Positions 38,401-51,000 of a DNA stretch of 64,000 nt are shown piece by piece. The stretch comes from Ylistrum balloti (lineage: Eukaryota). The stretch spans positions 744,001 to 808,000 of the forward strand of contig NW_026782333.1 in the NCBI RefSeq assembly GCF_031769215.1, in the 5' to 3' direction. Below the pieces are notes generated by a model. It did no database searches. It was not told the origin of the DNA and saw nothing but the letters and a program-made list of their open reading frames with translations. The position numbers and the translations under genes were made by a program. Position 1 is the stretch's first letter. Each line of letters starts with the position of its first letter.

Positions 38401-39055
38401 TAAGAAGAAACGAAAGCGCTTGTGTTTTACAACTTGCCGTGTTTTCCAGTCTTTATAATATATACATACATATCACCCATTTCAACATTGAATTAATTTA
38501 AGATAGCTTCATGTATGGTTGATTTCTTTAAATACTGACACGTGACACATTTTGAACGACTATGAGAATCTCCTGTCGTTGTCTGTTGATAAATGCTGAT
38601 ATAGTTGTACTCTGCTGTTTACATTTTGACATGGCTCCATAATTATTGTTATTAAAACAGTCATTTGCTCGTTTTCTTCAACGTTTCAAAATGCGTGAAA
38701 AATGGCAAGCAGCAAAAATCTAGTGTATCAAAAAATAATCCTTTTCTAAATTCTAAGATTCTTCCATCTTGTGCATTCATCTCACATGCAAAAACTGAGG
38801 ATTCGTGGATGACAAAATATAATGCTACCTCACAAATTGTCAATAATTATTTTGAATACTCACGGCCCCAAACACATTGGCAATACCTCCTCCTGTACGG
38901 TTGTTGTGTCCAACACCGACCCAAGGTATGCTGCTATTAGCACAGGGATTGGGTACTATGTGACCATTAGGAATCAGATCCATGAAACCCGGGTGAGCAT
39001 TGACTAGGCTCCCAATGGAGCAAATCACCAACACGTATATACTTTGGTAAATCAT
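35463..39055 (-). CDS. Temptin-like secreted protein, paralog A (135 aa)
   Basis: Exons 38864-39055 (MIYQSIYVLVICSIGSLVNA-HPGFMDLIPNGHIVPNPC...WVGVGH...GGGIANVFGA, donor GTGAGT), 36722-36872 (AFLTAKMTWTRDLCMADSDIDGKTNGFELGDPDCKW...SHP) and 35463-35527 (GVCEPMTTKTCMAVNLNIQCI*). Exon 2 (151 nt) and exon 3 (65 nt) are identical in length and phase to paralog B. Confidence 0.92.
36200..36725 (-). repeat. 39-bp minisatellite derived from the temptin-A exon 2 / intron 2 junction
   Basis: Minus-strand unit acagtctctaagtcagGTAAGAtaattgactgttttaca, ~12 copies, homologous to the true junction ccagtctctcacccagGTAAACttattcactgcttgtaaa. Confidence 0.9.
37200..38330 (+). mobile_element. Decayed Penelope-like element (RT + GIY-YIG remnant) in temptin-A intron 1
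   Basis: GTAMGIKIVPTYATMTLGYLE, IQFLDIL..TDI.HKPMNTHPYLQFETC, IPYFLAERIVT and CKEFYIEET (degenerate GIY-YIG C..YIGET) are Penelope-type motifs, broken by stops and frameshifts. Confidence 0.85.
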
Positions 39056-40939
39056 GTTTGCCGACTAGATAAAACTGATGATTCGCTGTTGTCTTATACG
39101 TGTGGATAATGTTATCAGTGAGAGTTGAACAATACGAACGCGCCGTGGGAAAGAACACATTTTGGTATACGTGGACCAGTTGGAATTGGTAGGTACAACT
39201 TTGTCTGTAGACTCAATAATTGAGTGCAGAGATACTGATATATGGAAAGGTACGGGAATGACTAGAAACGAAAAGATAAATGCGTTAGCTACAAAATAGC
39301 CATCGTAGAAAGATAAACAGCAGAGGATGGAAATAACGAGTAGTTGTCATGGGATCTCATTGGAAAACGTGAAAATTTATTACATGAATTCACCAGTTGG
39401 CTCTTGCAGAATCGGGGTTGTCAGAAGTTTGAAGAGTCGAAGAGATAAGCTGCGTCATTTTGTTCTTTCTTTTCCATCTCTTGGTGTCCTTGACACCCGT
39501 TCTCTTAATTATGATCATAACTGTTTTGGTGACATTGCAAGTCTTAAAAACGCCTGACATCTGCTGTCAAATTGTTTAACGTCTGGTGTTATGGGTTGTT
39601 GGAACGAGACGTTTAGGGCTAGGAGGAGGTGAAAGTCATACGTGTCAGTGACCTTGATAAAAACAGACTTAGTTTTCCTATTCATATGCCATATCCAAAT
39701 AATAGCTCATAATGTTTTCGTTGTTGGTGTTTTGCAACTATTATGATTGCCGCTAGGTGGCTCTTTAACTGGGAAGAAGGGGTTGTTTTCCTCCAGTTTT
39801 TCGTCTGTTAGTGTGTAGTTGCTTGATACATTTTGACTCTGCAGTGATCTATTTAATTCTAGGCATTTCTGTATCATTTGTCAACTGCTGTATCCTTGAA
39901 CATTGATACAGAAGAAAACAAGGTGTCAGGGTAGGGTGTGGTGGGGGTCAATAACGTCGTTCTTGTTGTTTGGGATAGCACTATCAACCTGCAATAATCG
40001 TGGTGCCTTGAAGACACAATTATGGTTAATCCTGGGTCATAACTTTTTTTAATTGCAGTTTACAATTTCATATAGATGATGATATACTTGGCTGATACGA
40101 CCCAATTGGCTTTCTCGGGTAATTTATCATAATAAGTTCTTCTTTAGAATGGAAAGCATTTGATGTTGATCTTCTGATTCCGATAATGAAAAATTTCCAT
40201 ATTGGAGTACAAGTCGTTTCGGAAACAAGTCGTTTCGGTAGTCCCGGAGACGTTCGTGATTTGAAAGAGAATTTTCGGGGCTTGAGCACCATGTTTCCAA
40301 CCAGTTTATTAAAACGCTATTTAAGTTGATATCAAAAGCTACGATTTCATAAACCTTCGGGCTAGTCTATTATCTACATATAAAATGGGAAAAGAATAAA
40401 AAAGAATAAATAGTTGAAATGAATAATTGAATAGATAAGTGACATCAATTCATATTTACTCGTGATTTGAAAAAAAATGTATATCATTTTTTTTATTTAT
40501 TTGTTTGATACACATTCATGACAAAATGTCCAATTTCACAAAAAAATCCTAGCTGTAGCTAGTTCTAATGAAGGGGCTCTTCGGCAACAATTTGTATATC
40601 GTTGACATGGCTACTTCGGCATAGATTACGTTACGGTAATCGGAACACATAGGTTGTTTACCTGCCGTCAATGTCCCAATATTTAGCGGGAATTCTGCTC
40701 TGCATTTTGGCGTATTTCGGCTATAAATGCCAATAGATTATTCACAAGACTGGTTTAATCAATGCTTTCTACCGCTAGGCCTACAAAGTAAAGAGTGCAA
40801 AAGTAAGATATGGAGTTAGTGTTAATTTTTCATTTTATATTTAGAGTCGCCGTCCGATTTATAAAAGAATAGAGAGTTAGAATATATAGTTAGGAACCCC
40901 TGATTTTATGTCGATTGTCAGAGTATTAATTCATCATTC

Positions 40940-42650
40940 CTCCTGTATTACGTACACAGTGATGTCTCGTCGGAATGCTTGAACTGTGGACAGCCAGATT
41001 TCTACACTCTTTGACAACGACTCAATAAACACATTAAACAAAATTGTCAAATCTCAGCAGTCTATCTGAAAACTCTCCAAGCTTCTGACTACCCTCTACA
41101 ACCTCACCCATCAGGACGCAAAACAACAAAACTAAGAACAACAAACGAAAAAATACATCAACATATCGTACGAATATTTTTCAGTTACAGAATATAAAGT
41201 TTACAGAAATGGGGCTATAAATAGAAACGGACAAAGTCATGTAGGGGTACTTATAGCAATAACAATTTAGATCTATACCGCAACAACTTACAACCAGACA
41301 ATGAGGTAAATTGAACAAATATTTTAATGGCAAATATACATAACCTCATAATAGGGACGTATCACAGACCACCGTCAGACAAAGGAAATTCACTACTACA
41401 ACTGGGAATCTCTAGGAACAGATTAGGTCAACAATATGATAACATTCATCAGTGGAGATCTCAACCTTCCTTACATTGATTGTCAATTGAGTAATTGCAG
41501 CATTTACATTTACTAGATATTCTAGAAGACAACTCATTTACACAATTCACAGATAAGTCCATTAAAGACAACCACATACTTGAACTCACATTCAAAGACC
41601 ATCAATCGTAAACAAAAAAGACACGAAACCACCTATGGGCAAAGGAGACCATAATATTGAATACACTTAAAGATGTATTACACTCAGGCGATCCAGAAAA
41701 GAACTGAGAAACGCATTATCATACAACAAAGTCAATTGGGAGGAGATAAGACACTATCTTACTGAACTTTGCAGCACCTTGGACAACCTTACAAAGAAAA
41801 TTGCATACTCACTTCACAAAACAGTCTACAAACCACAGAAACACCTGATTTACAAACACAGGCTCCCATTGACAACAAGTTCACGTCTTCGTCACATCCA
41901 CAAATCCAAAGGCCTTCACCCCAAAGTGTCGTTCATATCACCCACTTACAAATAACAGAAACAAGCATGCAATGCACACCGTTCTTATAAAAATAACAGT
42001 CAAAGATCTGTCCATAATTGCAACGATTCGGATACATCAACACAACCAGAAAAAAACAGCCCTGGGTACAAAGGTGTCCATCTCGTAGCCGGCACTACCA
42101 CAACAGCAAACATTCTGAATAAACAAATTCAAACATTATGCACAACATAATAGGATCACAACATACCAGATAAAGGTCCATCACCACATCCCACCATGCC
42201 AGAGATACATATTACATGTAAATTAATTACAAAACTTCTTGAAAACACCAACCCACAAAAAGAGTTCCAGACCAAATACACGGACAACTACTCAAAGAAC
42301 TCAAAGATATATAGCTGCACCCTTTCTGACAACGAATCACTCACCACAGACAAATTACCTCATGTCTGGAAACATGCAAACTTTAACACCATATACAAAC
42401 AGGTGACAGACAAAACTCCGCAAATTATAGACCTGTATCACTCAACACAATATCATGCATACACACGGAACATGCCATCACAAGTGCCACAATGACGCAT
42501 CAAAATACTCTATAGCACGGCTTCCGAGCATCCAGATTATCCGAAACACAACTAGAAACATTCACATGGCACAACACAAAATAACAACAATAGACAGACA
42601 GATATTGTCATCATGAACTTTGCCAAAGCATTTGAGTTACAAACATAAAA
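40940..42650 (+). mobile_element. Decayed CR1/L2-group LINE (endonuclease to start of RT)
   Basis: ECLNCGQPDF, GVLIA, IIGTYHRPP, GDLNLPYID (APE endonuclease) and QTDIVIMNFAKAF (RT domain 3, cf. DFAKAFD); A/C-rich coding strand. Confidence 0.75.
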
Positions 42651-43299
42651 AAAAACGAAATTATGTTTTCTCCGCATGACCCCTATGCTCTTCAGTATAT
42701 AATCAATGTAAATATTAAAAATAAATAATCATTTTAGTGACAGAAAATTTTGGTCAACACGAGAGAGTACGTGTGTTTCGCTTTTATTGTCTTAAACATT
42801 TCAAACCACTTAAAATATATTTGTTAAACCTGGTGAAATATAGTTTAATTTCATATCTCTGAGTTTGTCTTCGCTTGCCATGTTTCAATTAGCACAAAAT
42901 TGCAAGACCCCTGTGGACCGACTAATCTGGGATAGGATTCAAACCGCTCCTTCACACATATTAGACCTATATTAGTTCTTTGTCACAAGCTATATATGTG
43001 TGCATGCTATGTTGATTAGCAGTTATTTTTATAGGTCTGGAGTGTTTCAATTAACACAAAATCATAAGACTCGTGTGGATTGACGACCTTGGGATAGGAT
43101 TGTCGGACAGTTTACAGTTGTAAAGATTTTGTTAAACTGACGACTCAAAAGGTGAAGTTGACAGAGGAGGAAATGCAAAAAATTCCCAACATTTTACAAG
43201 AGACACAAAATCGTTCTTAAAACGTTCATCAATAACTAAACAAACCTGCAAAGAAACAGAACAATAAATAGAGAGACAAAACTGAGAAGGGCTGTTAAA

Positions 43300-43692
43300 G
43301 ACGGCTTATGCTCCCAGAATGGGACAGAATTTAAGTATGAAAAATAAGTAAAGGCAATCAGAGAGTTATGATTCTTGTACGCTGTCTTCCTTCTTGTTGA
43401 GATTTATCTACCTATGAAGTTATATGTTGATAAATCTTATAGTCTTAGCGTAACGCTCCAGACAACATTTAAGTATGAAAATTAACAAAGGGCAATAACT
43501 CATTAATTATGCAAAAGAGAGTGACGGTTCTGGTGCACTGCACTTCTCCTTGTTTAGATATATCTAGCTATAATATTTAATGTTGATACCTCCTTTAGGT
43601 TTTATGTTATACTCCGGACAAAATTAGGACGGACGGACGGCGAGACGGCGAGACAAAGCGGTCTATATGCTCTCCCTTCTGGAAGCATAAAA
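43300..43692 (+). mobile_element. Non-autonomous Helentron/HINE (pearl-like) element remnant
   Basis: Two internal ~150-bp related units (aaagggcaataactc...gcactgcacttc...tatcta...gttgata), then a (GGAC)n microsatellite and a terminal atgctc-ccttct-ggaagcat hairpin followed by an A-run. This architecture is typical of bivalve HINE-like elements; recognised from memory. Confidence 0.55.
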
Positions 43693-44449
43693 ATAATATC
43701 AGAATTACGGTCAGTAACACTACCACCTCCAAAGTAGGAGAGCACAATTCCACTCGAAAAAAACAGCATTAAGTCTGGTAAGTTCCGGCAACAGGTAGAC
43801 AGTAGACCGACTCCTACAAACATGTACCTACGCTTCCGCAGTACGACGTGACACTCTACAGTTTCCAACATTAAGTAAGGAACAGGTGACGACTATAACA
43901 GTCTCGCCACCTACTCATTAACCCAACCAGAAATCAGGTCAGTCACAAGTCAGATAAAACCGGAAGTGAAATATCTATTTCCGATTCCGCACCAATTGAG
44001 GTCCATTGTCCCTCTTCAGCAGCCACCCTACTCAGCAGTCATCAAAAATATTAAGTGACAGATTGCTTGGGTTTGTGCCTGCTAAATATGAACGTGCAAA
44101 CAGGTACTATATCCATGGAGTGTTTGTTATATGCTTTAAGACATTGTAATAGACCTAGAATTGATGGGCCGAAACTAGTCATCTGGTGGTAAATATACAC
44201 ACTGGTTTCTGTATATATATGCCTGCTGCTTCGCGACCTATTGAGGGTTTACAAGAACACATTGATATTCTTGAATTTCTGTATAATATATGCCATGAGA
44301 AAAGGAAGTATTCATAATAGGCTAGTTAGATGTTAAAATACGACGTGACCGGTACGAATTTAAAGATAACAATCGCTCAAGATTAAGATTTTTTAGATTT
44401 AACGTTAACACTTAATGTTCATTCTGCATGTTTAGGTCGTGTGTTTACG

Positions 44450-45060
44450 TTTTACACGGAAACGGACAATTGCACTGTAATTGATCACATGCTAATTGAG
44501 AATTCAAATTCTGTAAATATGTTGACTACTGTAAAGTTTTGGATGCAAACTTGTCAGAACAGTGTCCTATAGTTTGTTCCACTCCTCTATTTATGGCTAG
44601 TAAATCACTCTGTAACAAATATAACAAATGTGAGTGGATAAGAGTCTTGAACGATTTTTCAAAAAATAATTATAAATGTTATGTAAAACGCTAACTGGAT
44701 TGTATCACGTCACCAGACGAGAATCCTTACATCCAGGACATAGATTGTTATTATAACGATGTGTGTCGTGCATTACTCGAGGCAGAAAATAAATATATAC
44801 CCAAAATTAAGTATGAACATTATTTAAAACATTATTTGGACACAAGTCTGACGACGTTGCATAATGGAATGTTATTAAAGAGAAGACCATGGATACGGTC
44901 CGGGAAGCGTAGACAATACTGTGGGGCTCAATCCGCCAAAATGCATTTTACTAAACGTGGTTGGGACGCTATGATAGTTGATAACATTGTGAACAGTCCA
45001 ACTCAAGCAGATGATACATGTTTAGTAAGCACAAGTGTTACGGGTTTACAAAACAAAACA
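44450..45060 (+). mobile_element. Internally deleted LINE fragment (endonuclease end, linker, RT domain 5)
   Basis: IDHMLIE...NLSEQCPI (APE C-terminus); IDCYYNDVCRALLEAENKYIPK..YLKHY...LH.....R..WIRSGKR (linker); PTQADDTCLVSTSVTGLQ (ADD motif). This explains ORF 44761-45111. Confidence 0.7.
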
Positions 45061-46149
45061 AAAACAAGAAAACCAAAACAAAAAAATGTGAATCCTACTG
45101 CCGAAATTTGAGATTCATCTATTCTGCTTCAGAAAGTAAAGTTGCAGTATTTTCATGTCAAATAACCATTAACATGTGATACAACGTCCGTCTCTGAAAT
45201 AATATATCGTCAGTTTTTTGAGAAGTTATTCACTGATGTATCTTTTGAACAATAAACGGAATTATATAGAAAGAACGAAATTAGCTTGTAACAAATGAAA
45301 AAGTGATACTATGGCACGCTTGCACCCCGGTGGTATATCAATGTGTTTTAAACCCATAAACAGTTTCACAGATTATAAATTAAAGTCTACCCTTCTACAC
45401 TGTACAGGTGCGAACTGTAGATAGTTTCGAATACTGAATTAGTAATGCTAGAGAGAACCATCGTTGTATTATTAAGTCTATCAAGGGTCTAGATAGGAGA
45501 ACAAGAACTGATATGTACACATCTTTTCTTGAATGGACGTCTTAAGATGCTTATATAGATATTTAAAAACTGTTTGCTTTTTTCAGGTAGGATATGTAAT
45601 ATGGAAAAAAATAACCTGAATATTTTTTTTTTATTTTAAAACGTTTCTTGTTTTAAAGTAATTGAATATACTCAAAGAGGCTATTCTTAAAAAAGGTATA
45701 ATTGATTTATTTTATCAAACTATTCCTAGATGATGGTAATTTCCTTAATAAAGTGTAATGGAAGTCATTAGTTTATAAATCTGTAACTGATTACGAAACG
45801 AAGGCTTGGAAACAAAAAATGACTAATGGCGCAGACGTCACACGATTGTTGTTATTAAACGATTGTTGTTATTACACGATTGTCTTTAAACCTTTACAAT
45901 CATATTGACTAAGCTACTTTATCACTTTATCAATGTCTATTGGTTTTATGGTGTATAGTTGGGTTGTATGCTTGTCTGTTGAAATTTTGTAATGCATGTA
46001 TGGTTGTGTGTAATTATGTGAGTTTCTGGAGATTTCATATGTCTAGAATTGACTCATACCGAAACTGAGGACAGAAAATTGAAGTGTAAATATCTCACAT
46101 CGCCATGAAATTTAATGTATTTTGGGAATACACTGTATATGAGAATAGT

Positions 46150-46600
46150 GACTCATTGCATATATCGAGTGTGGGACGTTGTACGTCTCGTTGTACATAT
46201 CGGGTGTCGGATGTTGTATGTCTTATTGTATATATCGGGTGTGGGATGTTGTATGTCTCATTGTATATATCGGGTGTGTGATGTTGTATGTCTCATTGTA
46301 CATATCGGGTGTGGGATGTTGTATGTCTCATTGTATATATCGGGTGTGCGATGTTGTATGTCTCATTGTATATATCGGGTGTGGGATGTTGTATGTCTCA
46401 TTGTATATATCGGGTGTGGGATGTTGTATGTCTCATTGTATATATCGGGTGTGGGATGTTGTATGTCTCATTGTATATATCGGGTGTGTGATGTTGTATG
46501 TCTCATTGTATATATCGGGTGTGTGATGTTGTATGTCTCATTGTATATATCGGGTGTGCGATGTTGTATGTCTCGTTGTATATATCGGGTGTTTGATGTA
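46150..46600. repeat. 35-bp minisatellite, ~13 copies
   Basis: Unit gttgtatgtctcattgtatatatcgggtgtgggat. The unit is stop-free on the plus strand, which produces three overlapping spurious ORFs. Confidence 0.95.
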
Positions 46601-48029
46601 TGTCTCACTGAAGATATCGGATGTTGGATGTTGTATCTCCATGTTTGTATAGTATTTTGATTGCACTATCTAACATTTCTATATGCTACAACCTAGGTTA
46701 CAAGAATCGAATCGGACTGCAAACCAGTCCATGACCGTTGTATTCCGAGGTTCCTTTTATGCTTAATCTGTACTGAATGCATGACCTTAAATGTGGAGTT
46801 TGTGATTTTTTCTTCCTCTTTAGTCATTTGTTTAACAAATACTTGAAAGGGCATGTTAACTCGTGTGCGATGTTTTATTTCAATGTACAGTTTCAGCAGC
46901 GAGCACTCTGCTAGGAAACCCCCGGGAGACACTACTGCATTTGTTGTATGTGAAGACTATTTTTCAAATGTGAATGCGGGGGATGAGGCACAGAGGATGA
47001 CATCACATACCTCACGCAAAAATGAATGAGAGAATCAATAGTAATCCTCCAAGGAACAGTCTGTCTGGATACCCTGGATATCCTACCTGTTGTGAATGGT
47101 GTTTTTGATAATTCTGGAGTTGTCTCCCTTCGGCCTTTCTGTTTAATCGTATATATTTATCTAAATCATCGATTTTTCTTGGGAATGCGATGAGCAGTTT
47201 CATTTTCATGTGATGTTGAAACCTGGTTGATGAATGTTTATTGGAGTTTCATTCTTTTGAATTCGGAAATTAAATCTTTTCTTTCCTGGTCGAATTTAGA
47301 AATATGGAAAAGATATGATTTATTGCATTTGTCTCCTCTGAATTAGAGTACGTACATGTGAAGTCTGTTGAAGCATCTTTAACCATTATAATGATATTAC
47401 TTTTTGATATAGTTGTTCCCAATCTTACTCTTGTGATCACAACATATTCCAACTTATTTCGTCCTAATGCTTTTGGTTTTGTATTTGGTTAATCTATAAT
47501 TTTCCGTTGACTGTTTGATCTGTCTATTTTTTCCAAGTTTTTAACCATTTATTATTGATCTGTTGATTGATAATATAGTATATTTCTGCTCTGGATAATT
47601 TCACCATGCAATCTATCGTGTGATAAAACTCAAGACAACATACACTTGAATGAGGAACCCTCAAGCAGAGGCGAACAGCGAGTTTCGTTTCAATACTAAA
47701 CGCCACCTAGTTGTCCAGTGTTGTAATATACAGACCTATCGGTGTTACACAACGTGTTAGTATACGGTTCCTATTTCTATTCGCTCGAGGACGTTTCATA
47801 AGCAAGCATTTGAATGAAAATCAGATCTGTTGTGGTTACCAAAAACTATCGGCCCATCAACAGATTGTCTGTGTGCGGCAAACGTTTAAAACAACCGTAT
47901 AAATATACAGTGATATTAAGCGTCTGATTGACGTTGGCTCCTGGTTGCGAAGTAGGTTGTGTAAGTCGGCACGTACGAGCGCTGTACGTTTCATAACTTC
48001 AACAACCGGTACCAGCATTAATCACCAGG

Positions 48030-51000
48030 ATGGGGAAAGGAGGTAAAGCATCCGAAAATGGAACCTTACTTCCGGCTCCGAAATATGTATCCATGGATGA
48101 CGTGCGGGAGCATAATCAAAAGGGAGACAGCTGGTTGATGATTGAAGGAAAAGTTTATGATATTAGCCGATGGGGAAGTAAGCATCCAGGAGGAGCAAAA
48201 ATCCTGAACCACTATGCAGGGGAGGATGCTACGGTAACGTATTCTTCCGTGTTGTATCATCGTAATGTGTATATATAAACCTGATCCACAACAAGGCCAA
48301 ACAGTATGCCTACAGCATTGATTATTTAAACAATCCCGTTTGGGATTCCTCCCTGGGACTCATTTATATCGCACGTTTTACAATGTCTTTTAGACGAGGC
48401 ATATTGTCGAACGTGCAGTATAAAGAAGTCCTAAGGAGCAATCCCAAAACGGATTCATTCAAGCATACAATGATAACGCATATCTCTCTTTTTATTAGCT
48501 TTTTGGCGTTTTGTAAACCGAGATAAGTAATTGTCACAATAGATGGATAGAACCGGTGTCGCGGTGACCTCTTATGTTAAACAAGTAGATGCACATGTCT
48601 ACCTACTCGCAGCCCTACTGTAGAGAAAGCAAGATATTTTTCGAAATCTTAAATACAGATTATTGTCATTGACTACTAAGCTACAAGATGCTGGGAGGCT
48701 TTGTTGCAGCTAAAGAGCCTATTTATTGAGGTATCTTAGGTGAAAGTTAGGGAACTAGTGTTGTTGGATGTACAATCTACATGTCATTAGATGGTCGAGA
48801 TCTCCCTCAATATAATTAGCATGTATAGGAAAGACATAACCCAGGTAGTTTAACTTACACCTTAGTGGAGAATGGGAAGTCACCACTATTCTGATGTTTT
48901 ATCATTTGATTTTTTTATATCAGTTGAACTGACATCAATGATGCCAGACAATATTGAAGCGTTGATAAATCGTCAAGACAATTCTGAGGTTACCAAGGAA
49001 CAGACTGTTTACCATTGCTCCTTCCTAAAACATTTAGTTAGTGTTTCAAAATCTGTAAATACAGATGTACAGTGATTTGTGTGTCAGATGATGGAAAGTT
49101 GGGGCACATGTGTGTGACTTGTTCTGGATTTGGGTTCACGATCCTGGATTCCCCCACCCCCCTGACACATATCACATCAATTAAATAAGATTGTTGTCAA
49201 TTTCTTGATATTTTGAGTCCTTAGACTTACTATTACATTCATAGTTATGATAAAAGCTAATTGTGGTTTTGATTAACCCAGGTAGGTTTCATTGATAACC
49301 TTATTTAATACTATATGTTTCATAGTTTTATAGTATTGAGTAATTGATTAGTTTGAGGTAAAACATTTTCATAATTTTTCTTTCAGGATGCCTGGAAGTC
49401 CTTTCACAATGACAAAGACTTTGTTAAGAAATTTATGAAAGCATTGTATGTTGGAGATGTGAAGGATAAGGAAGAGGTAATTATTATCGAACTTGTTGGA
49501 ATAATTTTGTTATTTATTTTCCATTAAAAACACAACTTTATGTACACAAAGCTAGGTTAAATGCATGCACCTAATACATCCTGTAATATTGCTTAAAGTA
49601 ACTTTTACAGAAATGTTTGCTTATCATCAAAAATGTATTTCAGTCTTTGTTTCTTACTTTTATTCAATAATAACATTTCCATTGCAGTTTTTCATGATAT
49701 TTTATCCTAAAATTGTAGTCTGAACTCCAAGCTGACTTTCGTGCATTGAGAAAACATGTTGAAGATAGTGATTTACTGAAGACGAAACCATGGTTCTTCT
49801 GCCTGCATTTAGGACACATAATCCTTCTGGAGATCTTGGCTTACTGCCTCATGTCATATATGGGGTCCACACTGACTTCTTTTGTACTTGGAGCAATGAT
49901 CCTGGCTGTTGCACAGGTAAAGTTTCTTGTAGAAGGTGTTTGATAGCAAAATGTAAACTGGAGCAATATTTATATACCAAGTATATATAAATTGATGAAG
50001 ATGTTAGATGAAGATAATATACAATACTGGTTTTTTCCCCGCAGGACATCGGGTAAAATATGGGTCCCACTCCCAATGAGAAAATTCCTATTTCCCCCAA
50101 TCTAAGACTTAAAATTCCCAAATTAATGGTTGTTTATCAAATTTATCATAACATTAGGATGATGCTGTCCATTATATATATTGTTGTGTGTCAGCTATAG
50201 GTTTGAATGATTATTTATTTACTTCAACAAAAAGTAGCTAAAGTACACAGGAGAGACAATAAAACTAAAAATCATGATTGAATTCTATGACTTTTTATTT
50301 TGTGACTTTCCCAATTTGAGAAATTTTGTTGTGAAATTCATAGTTGCAGCCCACTTTTCCAAAGTAGTGAAAAAACCCTGCCTTTAGGTGTATATACTGT
50401 AGCATAACATGGAAACAATTAAAACAGAATTTGAGGTGAAATTGTCAACATTTTCCATTCAGTATTTTTTTTAATCTACTTTCAGGCTCAGGCTGGCTGG
50501 TCCCAACATGATTATGGTCACATGTCTGTATTCCCGAGTCACAAAATCAACCACATCTTCCATCACTTTGTAATTGGTCACTTGAAGGTAAGTCATTCCA
50601 ATGACCACCGGTCAAAATCATTGCTCATACCACTGAACATAAAATGTAACTATGTCATGTGTGTGAGCTAACATTTCTTTGTGTACAGTGCTATATTATG
50701 TACCAGATATTGTACTGGATGTTAAAGACAATCTTTACAAAAACAATTTCAGACTGATATAATGAAAGTTTTACTGAACATATATACCTGTGATATCAAA
50801 TTTGTTCTAAATGCTGAAAATTACTTTCTGCCGTGACTTTTACATGGTTGAATGATGCATATTTTTTATCCTGGATATCTAGAGATCAAGGAAGATGCAT
50901 ATTTAGTAAAACTATTTTATCTCACTGGTAACTTAATATTTAACATTGTTATACATTGTATGTTGACAGTAAACAACAAAACACATTGGAATTGACAAAC

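Noticed and set aside
42880-43105. Two ~60-bp diverged direct repeats 160 bp apart
   Set aside because: Real but short, and probably internal units of a decayed non-autonomous element; nothing further can be supported.
44761-45111. 116-aa ORF as a gene
   Set aside because: It is a deletion-fused LINE linker plus RT ADD motif, not a host gene.
46115-46660. Three overlapping Cys-rich repetitive ORFs (up to 181 aa)
   Set aside because: The stop-free 35-bp unit opens all three frames; this is a translation artefact of a minisatellite.
47880-48029. NF-Y/SRE module in the Fads promoter
   Set aside because: Only an imperfect ctgattga box is visible and I saw no SRE. The region is CpG-richer, but the TSS is unknown.
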